A DNA stretch of 64,000 nucleotides from Pristiophorus japonicus (Eukaryota). The stretch is from assembly GCF_044704955.1 (NCBI RefSeq), contig NC_091979.1:62558001-62622000 (forward strand). Reading direction: 5' to 3'. Of the stretch, positions 11,386 through 23,504 are shown piece after piece (within the stretch, counting starts at the first letter, position 1; each line of letters opens with the position of its first letter). The translations under genes were made by a program, and so were the position numbers. Under the pieces are notes generated by a model that saw only the letters and a program-made list of their open reading frames with translations, was not told where the DNA came from and made no database searches.

Positions 11386-12529
11386 GGAATCCAAGCATGT
11401 TACAACTTTTGTGGCCCCATTAGCCGTTTTATAACTTACATTTCATCTAGTTCAACACTATTCCCTCCTTTCTAACTCTGCCCAAAATAAAAATGACAAA
11501 AGCACATAATTATTGAAATTACCTGATGGGAGAGATTTGATGCGTACTAACAGTCGATTGGTTAAGTCACTCATCCACCTCAAAAAGCTCTCAGCACCAT
11601 TTCTTGCGATGTCATTCCACTATACAATCCGACATGGCACATCTTACACTACTGACCGTAGAAAATCACTCCTTCTTTGGCCACGCCACACCATGGTACG
11701 TAGTAACATAACAAAAAAATATAACAAACTAAGACTCGCATTCAACTCAAGGTAGAGGCACAAGACTGCCATTCCCAATTTAAACAGCCAGCCTCACTTG
11801 TGGAATAAAATCAAATTCTTCAACATGTGATACTGTCTATTTTCACTGAGGATTGCATAGCATATGTTTTAAAATTACAACAGTCAGAACCTTTATGCAA
11901 GAAGCAACACAGAAACCGTGTCTGTCAAAAGGTTACAGTAATCTACCCCTCCTGAGATTGCTTTTGGCTCATAATGAACACAACTGCATAAACCATAAAT
12001 AAAGCACACTTACTTTGGAGTCGGTTACTCAAAGGCACAACGATACAAATGAAGAGCAGTAATGTGTTTTGGGGGACATCAGGAAAGTAACCGGTCTTCT
12101 AGTCTGGCTTCTGTAGATACTTAACTGTTGTAACCTTGGCAAATACAAGATCAACTCCCTACAGTAAACAAATCTCTTGTTGAGCTACTCGAGTTGCTTT
12201 TAATTCTGCCTGGGCAAGTCAACTACAGGTTTATACTTGTTGTCTGGCTGGGTGACTCTACTGTGGGCAAGTTTATCTGCAGGTGGCCAAGGATGTCATC
12301 TTTTCCTTTCCTAACAGCAATACAAATATGGTGCAATAAACAAGGACGAGTACAAATGGTACTTTGATTCAGTATGCGTCAAACCTGTTGCTGCAAGCCT
12401 AACTGTATTCTTCTTCAGCATTTTCCATATTGGCTACTGTCAGAAATATAAAGACTAGCTCTGAAGGTTTCCTGTGTTGCTGCAGGAGCAATCAAGAACA
12501 TAGGACTTCCTCCTCAACGTACTCCCGAA

Positions 12530-12962
12530 ATCATCATCGTCATCATATGCTGTCTCTCGGAATCGAGGAAGACTTGCTTCCATTCTTGGCATTAGTTCTT
12601 AGGTGGCTGTACAGTCCAACATGAGAATCACAGTCTCCGTCACAGGTCGGACAGATAGTCATTGAGGGAAAGGGTGGGCAGGGAGCCTGGTTTGCCGCAC
12701 ACTCCTTCCGCTGCCTGCGCCTGATTTCTGCATGCTCTCGGCGACGATACTCGAGGAGCTCAGTGCCCTCCCGAATGCACTTCCTCCACTTAGGGCGGTC
12801 TATGGCCAAGGACTCCCAGGTGTAGGTGGGGATGTTGCACTTTATCAGGGAGGCTTTGAGGGTGTCCTTGTAATGTTTCCTCTGCCCGCCTTTGGCTCGT
12901 TTGCCGTGGACGAGCGCCGAGTAGAGCGCTTGCTTTGGGAGTCTCGTGTCTGGCATGCGGAC
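12530..12962 (-). mobile_element. RTE LINE 3' fragment
   Basis: MPDTRLPKQALYS..KDTLKASL..CPTC; (CAT)n tail at 12531-12546. Confidence 0.88.
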
Positions 12963-13132
12963 TATGATGATGACGACTACTGAAAGTACAAGAGGAATAG
13001 ACTAGTAGTCTTGCTTTTAAAAAGCCAGCCTAAGGGAACATTTTGGCAAATTTGAATCGAATTTTGGCTCATAAAGAACACAACTGCATAAACCATAAAT
13101 AGGTGAATGAAGATATATTCTAAAGAAAATAA

Positions 13133-13582
13133 TTACTTGCATTTATATAGTACCTTTCACGACATCAGGACATTCCAAAGTGCTTTACAGCCAATTAAGT
13201 ACAATTAAAGAGCAGTCATTGTTGTAATGTAGATTACGCGGCAGCCAATTTATGCACTGCAAGCTCCCACAAACAGGAATGTGATAATTACCAAATAATG
13301 TGTTTTTAGTGTTGATTAATGGATAAATAGTAAACAGGGATAACGCTCCTGCTCTTCTTTGAAATACCTGTAGTACCATGGGATCTTTTACATCTATCTG
13401 AGAGAGCAGGTGTTTAACTTGGTTTACATCTGAAAGACGGCAACTCTGACAGTGCAGCACTTCCTCGGTACAACACTACAGTGTCAGCCTGGATTATTGT
13501 GCTCAAACAAGTCTCTGGAGTGAGACATGAATCACAACCTTCTGAGCTAGAGGCGAGAGTGCAACCCACTGAGCCACAGCTG
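13133..13582 (-). mobile_element. SacSINE1-like tRNA-derived Deu-domain SINE
   Basis: tRNA-like head GCTGTGGCTCAGTGGGTTGCAC, Deu core, and tail ..TATATAAATGCAAGT. Confidence 0.8.
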
Positions 13583-14215
13583 ACAAAGTCAGTATCAAGT
13601 GGTTCATCAAAAAGCTCCATAAAATACAAGACATTTTTATACTGCACATGGACATATCCAGTTGAGAAAAATTAATCTCAGCCCCATCACAAATATTTAC
13701 CACTTTGAAAAGCTGTTACAGAAAGTTAGACTTACGTTTTATCCCAAAATTAGAATTATTTAGGATTCAGTCCAACAGGTTACTGGTGCTGAAACTTGTA
13801 TCTACTGAAAATAAGAGTAACAGATTTGCAGTCCTGTTTTTGTTTAAATCCAGCCCAAGGAAACATTTAGCCAAATATGGCTCTAATATTCATTCCCTTT
13901 CCAAGAATAGTTGAATATATTCTAGCATGTAAAACCAGTATTAGTAATGGTAATTTCCAAGTAGCAAGAGTGATCTCTGACCTACATATTTCACTTTTAT
14001 TGACGGTTAGAAAAGTACTTAGAATCCTATTTGTAGAACACTAGTTTCTATTACAACAGAATAAATATCATCAAAAAACCACATGCAATATGTAACTTTC
14101 ACAGGGTTGTCACCCACCCGCCTTTGCATAAAATTCCCTTTTAGCTTTGGTAACATATCATATTTTAATTATTTTCACTTAACGGAGCCTTCTTGAGTCA
14201 CAGATTTATTATTTT

Positions 14216-14421
14216 TGTTGTGTATGCAATAACTCAATAGACTGAATACTGTAAACTCCGAACAGGTACAAACCTGGCTCTATTTTATTAGGGCCCAAAA
14301 TGATTACATTACAAGATGGCTGGCCTTTTATACCTGGGCCGCACACACGTGCGCACAGCCCAATGACCACAGACAGTGGCGACACCTGGTGGTTAGTAAA
14401 GCCAAGCATACATACATGACA
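14216..14421 (-). mobile_element. Solo LTR (206 bp, Gypsy-like)
   Basis: TGTTGTGTATG...CATACATGACA termini; 5-bp TSD ATTTT (14211-14215, 14422-14426); TATAAAA followed by AATAAA on the minus strand. Confidence 0.75.
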
Positions 14422-14802
14422 ATTTTATGGAGCTTTTGTTGTTTGCTTGCCCCCCCCACCAACACACATATTCTTGTGTTGTTTTAAAAAGGAAAGCGCT
14501 GCACAATGTGGCTCCACCGGCAGGACTTGGGTTGGAACCCAGACCAGACTGGTGGGAAGATAGTCTCCATTTGCTGTCAGCTGCAATTCTAAAGTGAAAT
14601 ATGCTTTGACAATCTCAACCTAGCTGCTAGTATAACTGCACAACTCAAACTGCCCTAAATTCCACACAAAATTGCCAAGCTCGCTTAGAGAGGAGAGAGA
14701 GATGGGAACCAGGAATCCTATACTGATGTACTCTGTACTACTTTTTAAGCAGAGGAAATTTTACCTTGCATAAAATCTGCATCAGACTTGTAGCAACTTG
14801 AT

Positions 14803-15200
14803 ACAAAGGCAAAATACTGTGGATGCTGGCAATCTGAAATATAAACAGAAAAATGCTGGAAATACTCAACAGGCCAGGCAGCATTTGTCAAGATAGAATC
14901 AGAGTTAATATTTCATGCCTGTGACCTTTTGTCAGAACTGGAATATGAGGTTTTAAGCAAGTACAGAAGCAGGGAAAAAGGAGAAGAAAACAAAATGGAA
15001 AGTATGTGATATGGTGGAAGATAGGAGTGATCAAATGAACAGAATCATTACCAGCAGCTGCTGTCCGAAGAAATGGGAGCAGTGGTTATGATCTGCAATT
15101 GTTGAACTCAATGCTGAGTCCAGAAGGTTGCAAAGTACTGAATCAAAAGATGGGGTGCTGTTCCTCGAGCTTCATTGGAACAGAGTAGGGGGCAGAAGTC
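14803..15200 (-). mobile_element. Penelope-like element 3' region (GIY-YIG C-terminus and terminal repeat)
   Basis: Reverse complement encodes 'KLEEQH....GLSIEFNN'; terminal repeat homologous to 6342-6566. Confidence 0.65.
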
Positions 15201-15319
15201 AGACCAAGTAGAGGTGACGGGTTCCCTTCCCTGAGTGAAGCATGATAATCTAACAGCTTTCACGGTCATTTTGTTTTAATCCGCTAGCCCACAAATTACT
15301 ATGGTAAAATTTGAACTCA

Positions 15320-17210
15320 TGAGGTAAAGAAATGAAAGATAGATTACGAAAGTAAACTTGCGCAAAACATAAAAACAGATAGTAAAAGCTTTTACCGATA
15401 TATAAAACAGAAAAGAGTGACTAAAGTAAATGTTGGTCCCTTAGAAGATGAGAAGGGGGATTTAATAATGGGAAATGTGGAAATGGCTGAGACCTTAAAC
15501 AATTATTTTGCTTCGGTCCTCACAGAGGAAGACACAAAAACCATGCCAAAAATTGCTGGTCACGGGAATTTGGGAAGGGAGGACCTTGAGACAATCACTA
15601 TCACTAGGGGGGTAGTGCTGGATAGGCTAATGGGACTCAAGGTAGACAAGTCCCCTGGTCCTGATGAAATGCATCCCAGGGTATTAAAAGAGATAGCGGA
15701 AGTTATAGCAGATGCATTCGTTATAATCTACCAAAATTCTCTGGACTCTGGGGAGGTACCAGCGGGTGGAAAGCAGCTAATGTAATGCCACTGTTTTAAA
15801 AAAGGGGGCAGAGAAAAGGCAGGTAACTATAGGCCGGTTAGTTTAACATCTGTAGTGGGGAAAATGCTTGAAGCTATCATTAAAGAAGAAATAGCGGGAC
15901 ATCTAGATAGGAATAGTGCAATCAAGCAGACACAACATGGATTCATGAAGGGGAAATCATGTTTAACTAATTTACTGGAATTCTTTGAGGATATAACGAG
16001 CATGGTGGATAAAGGTGTACCGATGGATGTGGTGTATTTAGATTTCCAAAATGCATTCGATAAGGTGCCACACAAAAGGTTACTGCAGAAGATAAAGGTA
16101 CGCGGAGTCAGAGGAAATGTATTAGCATGGATCAAGAATTGGCTGGCTAACAGAAAACAGACAGTCGGGATAAATGGGTCTTTTTCGGGTTGAAAATCCG
16201 TGATTAGTGGTGTGCCACAGGGATCGGTGCTGGGACCACAACTGTTTACAATATACATAGATGACCTGGAAAAGGGGACAGAGTGTAGTGTAACAAAATT
16301 TGCAGATGACACAAAGATTAGTGGGAAAGCGGGTTGTGTATAGGACACAGAGAGGCTGCAAAGAGATTTAGATAGGTTAAGCAAATGGGCTAAGATTTGG
16401 CAGATGGAATACAATGTCGGAAAATGTGAGGTCATCCACCTTGGAAAAAAAAACAGTAAAAGGGAATATTATTTGAATGGGGAGAAATTACAATATGCTG
16501 CGGTGCAGAGGACCTGGGGATCCTTGTGCATGAATCCCAAAAAGTTAGTTTGCTGGTGCAGCAGGTAATCAGGAAGGCAAATGGAATGTTGGCCTTCATT
16601 GCAAGAGGGATGGAGTACAAAAGCAGGGAGGTCCTGCTGCAACTGTATAGGGTATTGGTGATGCCGCACCTGGAGTACTGCATGCAGTTTTGGTCACCTT
16701 ACTTAAGGAAGGATATACTAGCTTTGGAGGGGGTACAGAGACGATTCACTCGGCTGATTCCGGAGATGAGATGGTTACCTTATGATGATAGATTAAGTAG
16801 ACTGGGTCTTTACTCGTTGGGAGTTCAGAAGGATGAGGGGTGATCTTATAGAAACGTTTAAAATAATGAAAGGGATAGACAAGATAGAGGCAGAGAGGTT
16901 GTTTCCACTGGTCGGGGAGACTAGAACTAGGGGGCACAGCCTCAAAATACGGGGGAGCCAATTTAAAACCGAGTTGAGAAGGAATTTCTTCTCTGAAGGT
17001 TGTGAATCTGTGGAATTCTCTGCCCAAGGAAGCAGTTGAGGCTAGTTCATTGAATGTATTCAAATCACAGATAAGATAGATTTTTAACCAATAAGGGAAT
17101 TAAGGATTACGGGGAGCGGGCGGGAAAGTGAAGCCGAGTCCACGGCCAGATCAGCCATGTTCTTGTTGAATGGCGGAGCAGGCTCGAGGGGCTAATTCTT
17201 ATGTTCTTAT
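15320..17210 (+). mobile_element. CR1 LINE, 5'-truncated (RT region; TTCTTATG-tail subfamily)
   Basis: [58 protein letters not shown]; contains stops and frameshifts. Confidence 0.93.
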
Positions 17211-17519
17211 ACTAATCCCTAAAATACCACAAAAGTATTTTGGTAATTGTACAATAACTGGTTTCGTCAAAAGTGTTCCATCCTAATTTAAAAAGCTGGT
17301 ACTTTTCCAAGGGTGAAGAGCTGGTGAAATGAAAACTCAAGTGATTCTACAAGAATACTTCCCAATGGTGCAACTGTGACAAAAACAAGTTGGCCTGGTG
17401 CTACCCCCATCAAAAGTGGGGAAATTGGAGTGAATGTTATTGTAGGTTACTCATACATACTTACTAGTAACTGATTTCAAAGACGAACAGCAGAGATCTG
17501 AATTTTATAAGTTTCCGGT

Positions 17520-17822
17520 CGCCTGTCATTTTAATTCTCTATCCCATTCTGACCTTAGCCTCCTATACCGTTCCAATGAAGTTGAACGGAAGCTCGAGGA
17601 ACAGCACCGCATCTTTAGATTAGGCACTTTACAACCTTCTGGACTCAGCACCGAGTTCAACAATTTCAGATCATAACCACTGCTTCGATTTGTCCAGACA
17701 GCTGTTGGTAATGATTCTGCAATTCCCATTTACACCTCTTCTAGACTCATCTCTTGTTTCTTCACTTGTCTCATTACCATCCACTTTGCTCACACCATCA
17801 TCCCTTTTGTCATTTAATCTCT
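17520..17822 (+). mobile_element. Penelope-like GIY-YIG C-terminal fragment
   Basis: CGGAAGCTCGAGGAACAGCACCGCATCTTTAGATTAGGCACTTTACAACCTTCTGGACTC encodes RKLEEQHRIFRLGTLQPSGL. Confidence 0.75.
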
Positions 17823-18058
17823 AGAACACGACCTTGTCATCACCAACATCTTGTTTCGCCAGAGGGACAAATACAAGGCATCGTGGCAACACCCTCGCTC
17901 CAAACACTGGCACCTGCTCGACTCTGTCATCGTCCGAGCTAGGGATCGCAAGGATGTGCGCATCACCCACGCTATGGCAGGAGTGGACGACTGCTGGACG
18001 GACCGCTGCCTAATCCGATCCATCATCGACATCAACATAGCCCCAAAGCGGAGGAGGC
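17823..18058 (+). mobile_element. RTE LINE endonuclease-domain fragment
   Basis: KYKASWQHPRSKHWHLLDSVIVRARDRKDVRITHAM..DCWTDR. Confidence 0.8.
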
Positions 18059-18299
18059 ATGTGAAAATGTAATCAAATAATAAAATAAAAACTCACATAC
18101 CTGTATTTGAGCCACAAGTATGCAATTATGACTGCTCTGGACAAAATGGCAAAGTCACAGACTGAATTAGCAAAAGAATACGATGCCACTCAGTCAGCCA
18201 TCAGCAAAAACTAAAAAACGCAACAGCATTCTGCCTTAAAACAGCTTAGAAGAGGGGATTTCAGAAGTGATCAGAAACGTTGCTCACTTCTAAGCTCGA

Positions 18300-18600
18300 T
18301 GATGTTGGAGCAGAACTTATTGAGCCAACATCTGAGTCAAACAAGTCACTAGTTGAGCACTGCATGTATCAAATGTCAAAATGTCAAGTTTTTGGCGAGA
18401 AAAAGACGACTTGCTTATTCAGTCAGTTTGCTGGATGTCATGAAATTCATTGCTAGAAGCGGAGATCTTACTATTCAGAACAAAGTTGTAAATTGCTTTC
18501 ACCCCATGAGTTTGCTCAGTAAAGATGATGAGAATGTGGTGGAGTTCGAAGAAATTGAGGCCCCACCCTGAGTTGCAGAGCATTTGGGAGTGATTTCAGC
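18300..18600 (+). mobile_element. Possible ancient pogo/Tigger transposase fossil
   Basis: 'SVSLLDVMKFIARSGDLTIQNKVVNCF' resembles the Tigger DDE_1 C-terminal motif (LLDA..I..AW..V...TI.NCF), followed by an acidic tract; judged by eye only. Confidence 0.35.
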
Positions 18601-18749
18601 AAGCAGTACTGATCCCTGCTGATGTTCCTCAATCTGACTAGATTGCATTGATGACTCTTGGATAACCCAAACCTCAAATTGAAGCTTCTGACCAACCCAA
18701 GCTGGAATTAAATAATGAAATTCACAAGGATAGCAAGAATTTTGAACTT

Positions 18750-18885
18750 AACTTAAGAACTTAAGAAATAGGAGCAGGAGCGGGCCATACGGCCCCTCGA
18801 GCCTGCTCCGCCATTCAATATCATGGCTGATCTGATCCTGGCCTCAACTCCACTTCCATGCCCGCTCCCCATAACTCCCATATTT
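18750..18885 (-). mobile_element. CR1 3' end
   Basis: AAGAACTTAAGAAATAGGAGCAGGAG..GGCCCCTCGAGCCTGCTCCGCCATTCAAT. Confidence 0.85.
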
Positions 18886-18999
18886 TCAAAATCCCCCAGT
18901 CTTACCCCTCTCTTTCCTCCCCCACTGTCCCAAGTTTCCTTCCCCACCGTTTCATCATCTGTCCCCACTATCTCCCCTCCCCCCTCCCCCTGTCCCTGC

Positions 19000-20640
19000 C
19001 CCCTCCCACTGTCTCTCCCCCCTCCCACTGTCACCACCGTCTCTCTCCCCCCTCCCCACTGTCCCTCCGTCTCTCTTCCCCCTCCCCACTGTCCCTCCGT
19101 CTCTCTTCCCCCTCCCCACTGTCCCTCCGTCTCTCCCCCCCCTCCCCACTGTCCCTCCGTCTCTCCCCCCCCCTCCCCACTGTCCCTCCGTCTCTCCCCC
19201 TCTCCCCACTGTCCCTCCGTCTCTCCCCCCCCTCCCCACTGTCCCTCCGTCTCTCCCCCCCCTCCCCACTGTCCCTCCGTCTCTCTCCCCCCTCCCCACT
19301 GTCCCTCCGTCTCTCTCCCCCCTCCCCACTGTCCCTCCGTCTCTCTCCCCCCTCCCCACTGTCCCTCCGTCTCTCTCCCCCCTCCCCACTGTCCCTCCGT
19401 CTCTCTCCCCCCGTCCCCACTGTCCCTCCGTCTCTCTCCCCCCTCCCCACTGTCCCTCCGTCTCTCTCCCCCCTCCCCACTGTCCCTCCGTCTCTCTCCC
19501 CCCTCCCCACTGTCCCTCCGTCTCTCTCCCCCCCTCCCCACTGTCCCTCTGTCTCTCTCCCCCCTCCCCACTGTCCCTCCGTCTCTCTCCCCCCTCCCCA
19601 CTGTCCCTCCGTCTCTCTCCCCCCTCCCCACTGTCCCTCCGTCTCTCTCCCCCCTCCACACTGTCCCTCCGTCTCTCTCCCCCCTCCCCACTGTCCCTCC
19701 GTCTCTCTCCCCCCCTCCCCACTGTCCCTCCGTCTCTCTCCCCCCTCCCCACTGTCCCTCCGTCTCTCTCCCCCCTCCCCACTGTCCCTCCGTCTCTCTC
19801 CCCCCTCCCCACTGTCCCTCCGTCTCTCTCCCCCCTCCCCACTGTCCCTCCGTCTCTCTCCCCCCTCCCCACTGTCCCTCCGTCTCTCTCCCCCCTCCCC
19901 ACTGTCCCTCCGTCTCTCTCCCCCCTCCCCACTATCCCTCAGTCTCTCTCCCCCCTCCCCACTGTCCCTCCGTCTCTCTCCCCCCTCCCCACTGTCCCTC
20001 CGTCTCTCTCCCCCCTCCCCACTATCCCTCCGTCTCTCTCCCCCCTCCCCACTGTCCCTCCGTCTCTCTCCCCCCTCCCTACTGTCCCTCCGTCTCTCTC
20101 CCCCCTCCCCACTGTCCCTCCGTCTCTCTCCCCCCTCCCCACTGTCCCTCCGTCTCTCTCCCCCCCTCCCTACTGTCCCTCCGTCTCTCTCCCCCCTCCC
20201 CACTGTCCCTCCGTCTCTCTCCCCCCTCCCCACTGTCCCTCCGTCTCTCTCCCCCCCTCCCTACTGTCCCTCCGTCTCTCTCCCCCCTCCCCACTGTCCC
20301 TCCGTCTCTCTCCCCCCTCCCCACTGTCCCTCCGTCTCTCTCCCCCCTCCCCACTGTCTCTCCCCCCTCCCCCTCTGTCCCTCTCCCCCCTCCCCCCCTC
20401 TCCCTCCCTCTGTCCCCACTGTCTCCCCTGTTACCCCACTCTCTCTCACCCCACACCCGAGCCCCGCTCTCTCCCCCCCTCCCCACTGTCCCTCCGTCTC
20501 TCTCCCCCCTCCCCACTGTCCCTCCGTCTCTCTCCCCCCGTCCACTGTCCCTCCGTCTCCCCCTCTGTCCCCACTGTTACCCCACTCTCTCTCACCCCAC
20601 ACCCACACCCACACCCGAGCCCCGCTCTCTCTTCCCCCCG
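19000..20640. repeat. 30-bp C/T-rich minisatellite (CCCCCTCCCCACTGTCCCTCCGTCTCTCTC)n, roughly 45-50 units
   Basis: Exact 30-bp periodicity visible at 19741-20160; degenerate edges include a higher-order duplication (about 20405-20470 vs 20563-20630). Confidence 0.95.
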
Positions 20641-20659
20641 CCCCCCCCCGGACACTCAC

Positions 20660-20729
20660 CGTACTGCCCGCGGGCCAGTCCGAGCGACAGCAGCGCGCAC
20701 ACAGCCGCCCCGAGCCTGCCCGTTGTCAT
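20660..20729 (-). CDS. First coding exon of an unidentified secreted or membrane protein gene (signal peptide MTTGRLGAAVCALLSLGLARGQY, phase-1 intron)
   Basis: ACC-ATG Kozak context, basic n-region, hydrophobic h-region, A-R-G/Q cleavage-like site, donor TACG|GTGAGT; 70 nt; CpG-rich non-repeat context. Downstream exons not identified. Confidence 0.7.
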
Positions 20730-20920
20730 GGTTCTGCCGGTAGTGCCGCCGCTCGGTGTCCGTGCCGCTGCCCCTCCCTGCAACCCCTCCCCCACACCGC
20801 GCCACTCTCGCGACAGTTCGCCCCATGATGACACTGTTGCTTTAACACCAGCTGCTCTGATGCTCTCTGACATTCATTTGCGTTGCTCACCAAAGAGAGT
20901 TTCATTTGCGTTGCTCATCA
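20730..20920 (-). promoter_or_regulatory. Putative CpG-island promoter and 5' UTR
   Basis: CpG-dense sequence; GGGGAGGGG Sp/KLF-type box; TCTCGCGACA (20806-20815) is one mismatch from the BANP/CGCG motif TCTCGCGAGA; 17-bp direct repeat at 20873-20889 and 20901-20917. Confidence 0.55.
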
Positions 20921-20938
20921 GGTAACTTGTTTCACTCA

Positions 20939-23504
20939 CAAGACTCCCAAAACAAACGCTCTACTCAGAACTCCTTCATGGCAAACATAGAAACATAGAA
21001 AATAGGTGCAGGAGTAGGCCATTCGGCACTTCGAGCCTGCACTGCCATTCAATGAGTTCATGGTTGAACATGCAACTTCAGTACCCCATTCCTGCTTTCT
21101 CGCCATACCCCTTGATCCCCCTAGTAGTAAGGACGACATCTAACTCCTTTTTGAATATATTTAGTGAATTGGCCTCAACAACTTTCTGTGGTAGAGAATT
21201 CCACAGGTTGACCATTCTCTGGGTGAAGAAGTTTCTCCTCATCTCAGTCCTAAATGGCTTACCCCTGATCCTGAGACTGTGACTCCTGGTTCTGGACTTC
21301 CCCAACATTGGGAACATTCTTCCTGCATCTAACCTGTCTAAACCCGTCAGAATTTTAAATGTTTCTGTGAGATCCCCTCTCATTCCTCTGAACTCGTGAA
21401 TACAAGCCCAGTTGATCCAGTCTTTCTTGATAGGTCAGTCCTGCCATCCCGGGAATCAGTCTGGTGAACCGACGCTGCACTCCCTCAATAGCAAGAATTA
21501 CCTTCCACAAGTTAGGAGACCAAAACTGTACACAATACTCCAGGTGTGGCCTCACCAAGGCCCTGTACAACTGTAGTAACACTTCCCTGCCCCAGTACTC
21601 AAATCTCCTCGCTATGAAGGCCAACATGCCATTTGCTTTCTTAACCGCCTGCTGTACCTACATGCCGACCTTCAATAACTGATGTACAATGACACCCAGG
21701 TCTCGTTGCACCTCCCCTTTTCCTAATCTGTCACTATTCAGATAATAGTCTGTCTCTCTGTTTTTAACCACCAAAGTGGATAACCTCACATTTATCCACA
21801 TTATACTTTATCTGCCATGCATTTGCCCACTCACCTAACCTATCCAAGTCACTCCGCAGACTCATAGCATCCTCCTCGCAGCTCACACTGCCACCCAACT
21901 TCGTGTCATCCGCAAATTTGGAGATACTACATTTAATCCCCTCGTCTAAATCATTAAATGTACAATGTAAACAGCTGGGGCCCAGCACAGAACTTTGCGG
22001 TACCCCACTAGTCACTGCCTGCCATTCTGAAAAGTACCCATTTACTCCTACTCTTTGCTTCCTGTCTGCCAACCAGTTCTCAATCCACGTCAGCACACTA
22101 CCCCCAATCCCATGTGCTTTAACTTTGCACATTAATCTCTTGTGTGGGACCTTGTCAAAAGCCTTCTGAAAGTCCAAATACACGTCAACTGGTTCTCCCT
22201 TGTCCACTCTACTGGAAACATCCTCAAAAAAATTCCAGAAGATTTGTCAAGCATGATTTCCCTTTCACAAATCCATGCTGACTTGGACCTATCATGTCAC
22301 CTCTTTCCAAATGCGCTGCTATGACATCCATCATTTTACCCACTACCGATGTCAGGCTGACCGATCTATAATTCCTTGTTTTCTCTCCCCTGCCTTTTTC
22401 AAAAAGTGGGGTTACATTGGCTACCCTCCACTCCATCGGAACTGATCCAGAGTCTACGGAATGTTGGAAAATGACTGTCAATGCATCCGCTATTTCCAAG
22501 TACTCTGGGATGCAGTCCATCAGGCCCTGGGGATTTATCGGCCTTCAATCCCATCAATTTCCCCAACACAATTTCCCAACTAATAAGGATTTCCCTCAGT
22601 TCCTCCTCCTTACTAGACCCTCCGACCCCTTTTATATCCGGAAGGTTGTTTGTGTCCTCCTTAGTGAATATTGAACCAATGTACTTGATCAATTGGTCTG
22701 CCATTTCTTTGTTCCCCGTTATGACTTCCCCGGATTCTGACTGCAGGGGACCTACGTTTGTCTTTACTAACCTTTTTCTCTTTACGTATCTATAGAAGCT
22801 TTTGCTGTCCGTTTTAATGTTCCCTGCAAGCTTCCTCTCGTACTCTATTTTCCCTGCCCGAATCAAATCCTTTGTCCTCCTCTGCTGAGTTCTAAATTTC
22901 TCCCAGTCCCTGGGTTCGTTGTTATTTCTGGCCAATTTGTATGCCACTTCCTTGACTTTAATACTATCCCTGATTTCCCTTGATAGCCACGGTTGAGCCA
23001 CCTTCCCTTTTTTATTTTTACGCCAGACAGGGATGTACAATTGTTGTAGTTCATCCATGCGGTCTCTAAATGTCTGCCATTGCCCATCCACTGTCAACCC
23101 CTTAAGTATCATTCGCCAATCTATCCTAGCCAATTCACACCTCATACCTTCAAAGCGAGCCCAAGGTGGGCGGAGGAAACGTTTCAAGGACACCCTCAAA
23201 GCCTCCTTGATAAAATGCAACATCCCCACCAACACCTGGGAGTCCTTGGCCAAAGACCGCCCTAAGTGGAGAAAGTGCATCCGGGAGGGCGCTGAGCACC
23301 TTGAGTCTCATCGCAGAAACCAAGCACAGGCAGCGGAAAGAGCGTGCAGCAAACCAGTCCCACCCACCCTTTCCCCCAACGACTATCTGTCCCACCTGGG
23401 ACAGGGACTGTGGTTCTCGTATTGGACTGCTTAGTCACCCAAGAACGCATTTTGAGAGTGGAAGCAAGTCTTCCTCGATTCCAAGGGACTGCTTATGATG
23501 ATGA
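20939..23504 (+). mobile_element. RTE 3' fragment (20939-20985 and 23153-23504) split by a nested CR1
   Basis: CAAGACTCCCAAAACAAACGCTCTACTCAGAACTCCTTCATGGCAAA continues as AAGCGAGCCCAAGGTGGG at 23154; TSD TGTTTCACTCA at 20928-20938 and 23505-23515. Confidence 0.8.
20986..23152 (-). mobile_element. CR1 LINE, 5'-truncated
   Basis: [40 protein letters not shown]; CATAGAAA tail. Confidence 0.93.

Noticed and set aside
13736-13804. 69-nt minus-strand segment with strong acceptor (CTCTTATTTTCAG) and donor (GTAAGT), a candidate exon 2
   Set aside because: Stop codons in all three frames; at most a non-coding or poison exon, with no further support.
18101-18136. Candidate minus-strand exon with good splice sites
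   Set aside because: In-frame TAA when joined in phase 1 to the signal-peptide exon; no recognisable product.
18753-20925. Long 300-700 aa Pro-rich or Gly/Arg/Glu-rich ORFs on both strands
   Set aside because: Artefacts of the stop-free 30-bp minisatellite.
23140-23170. Apparent head-to-head CR1-RTE chimera
   Set aside because: The RTE begins at 20939 and has its own TSD; the CR1 is simply nested within it.
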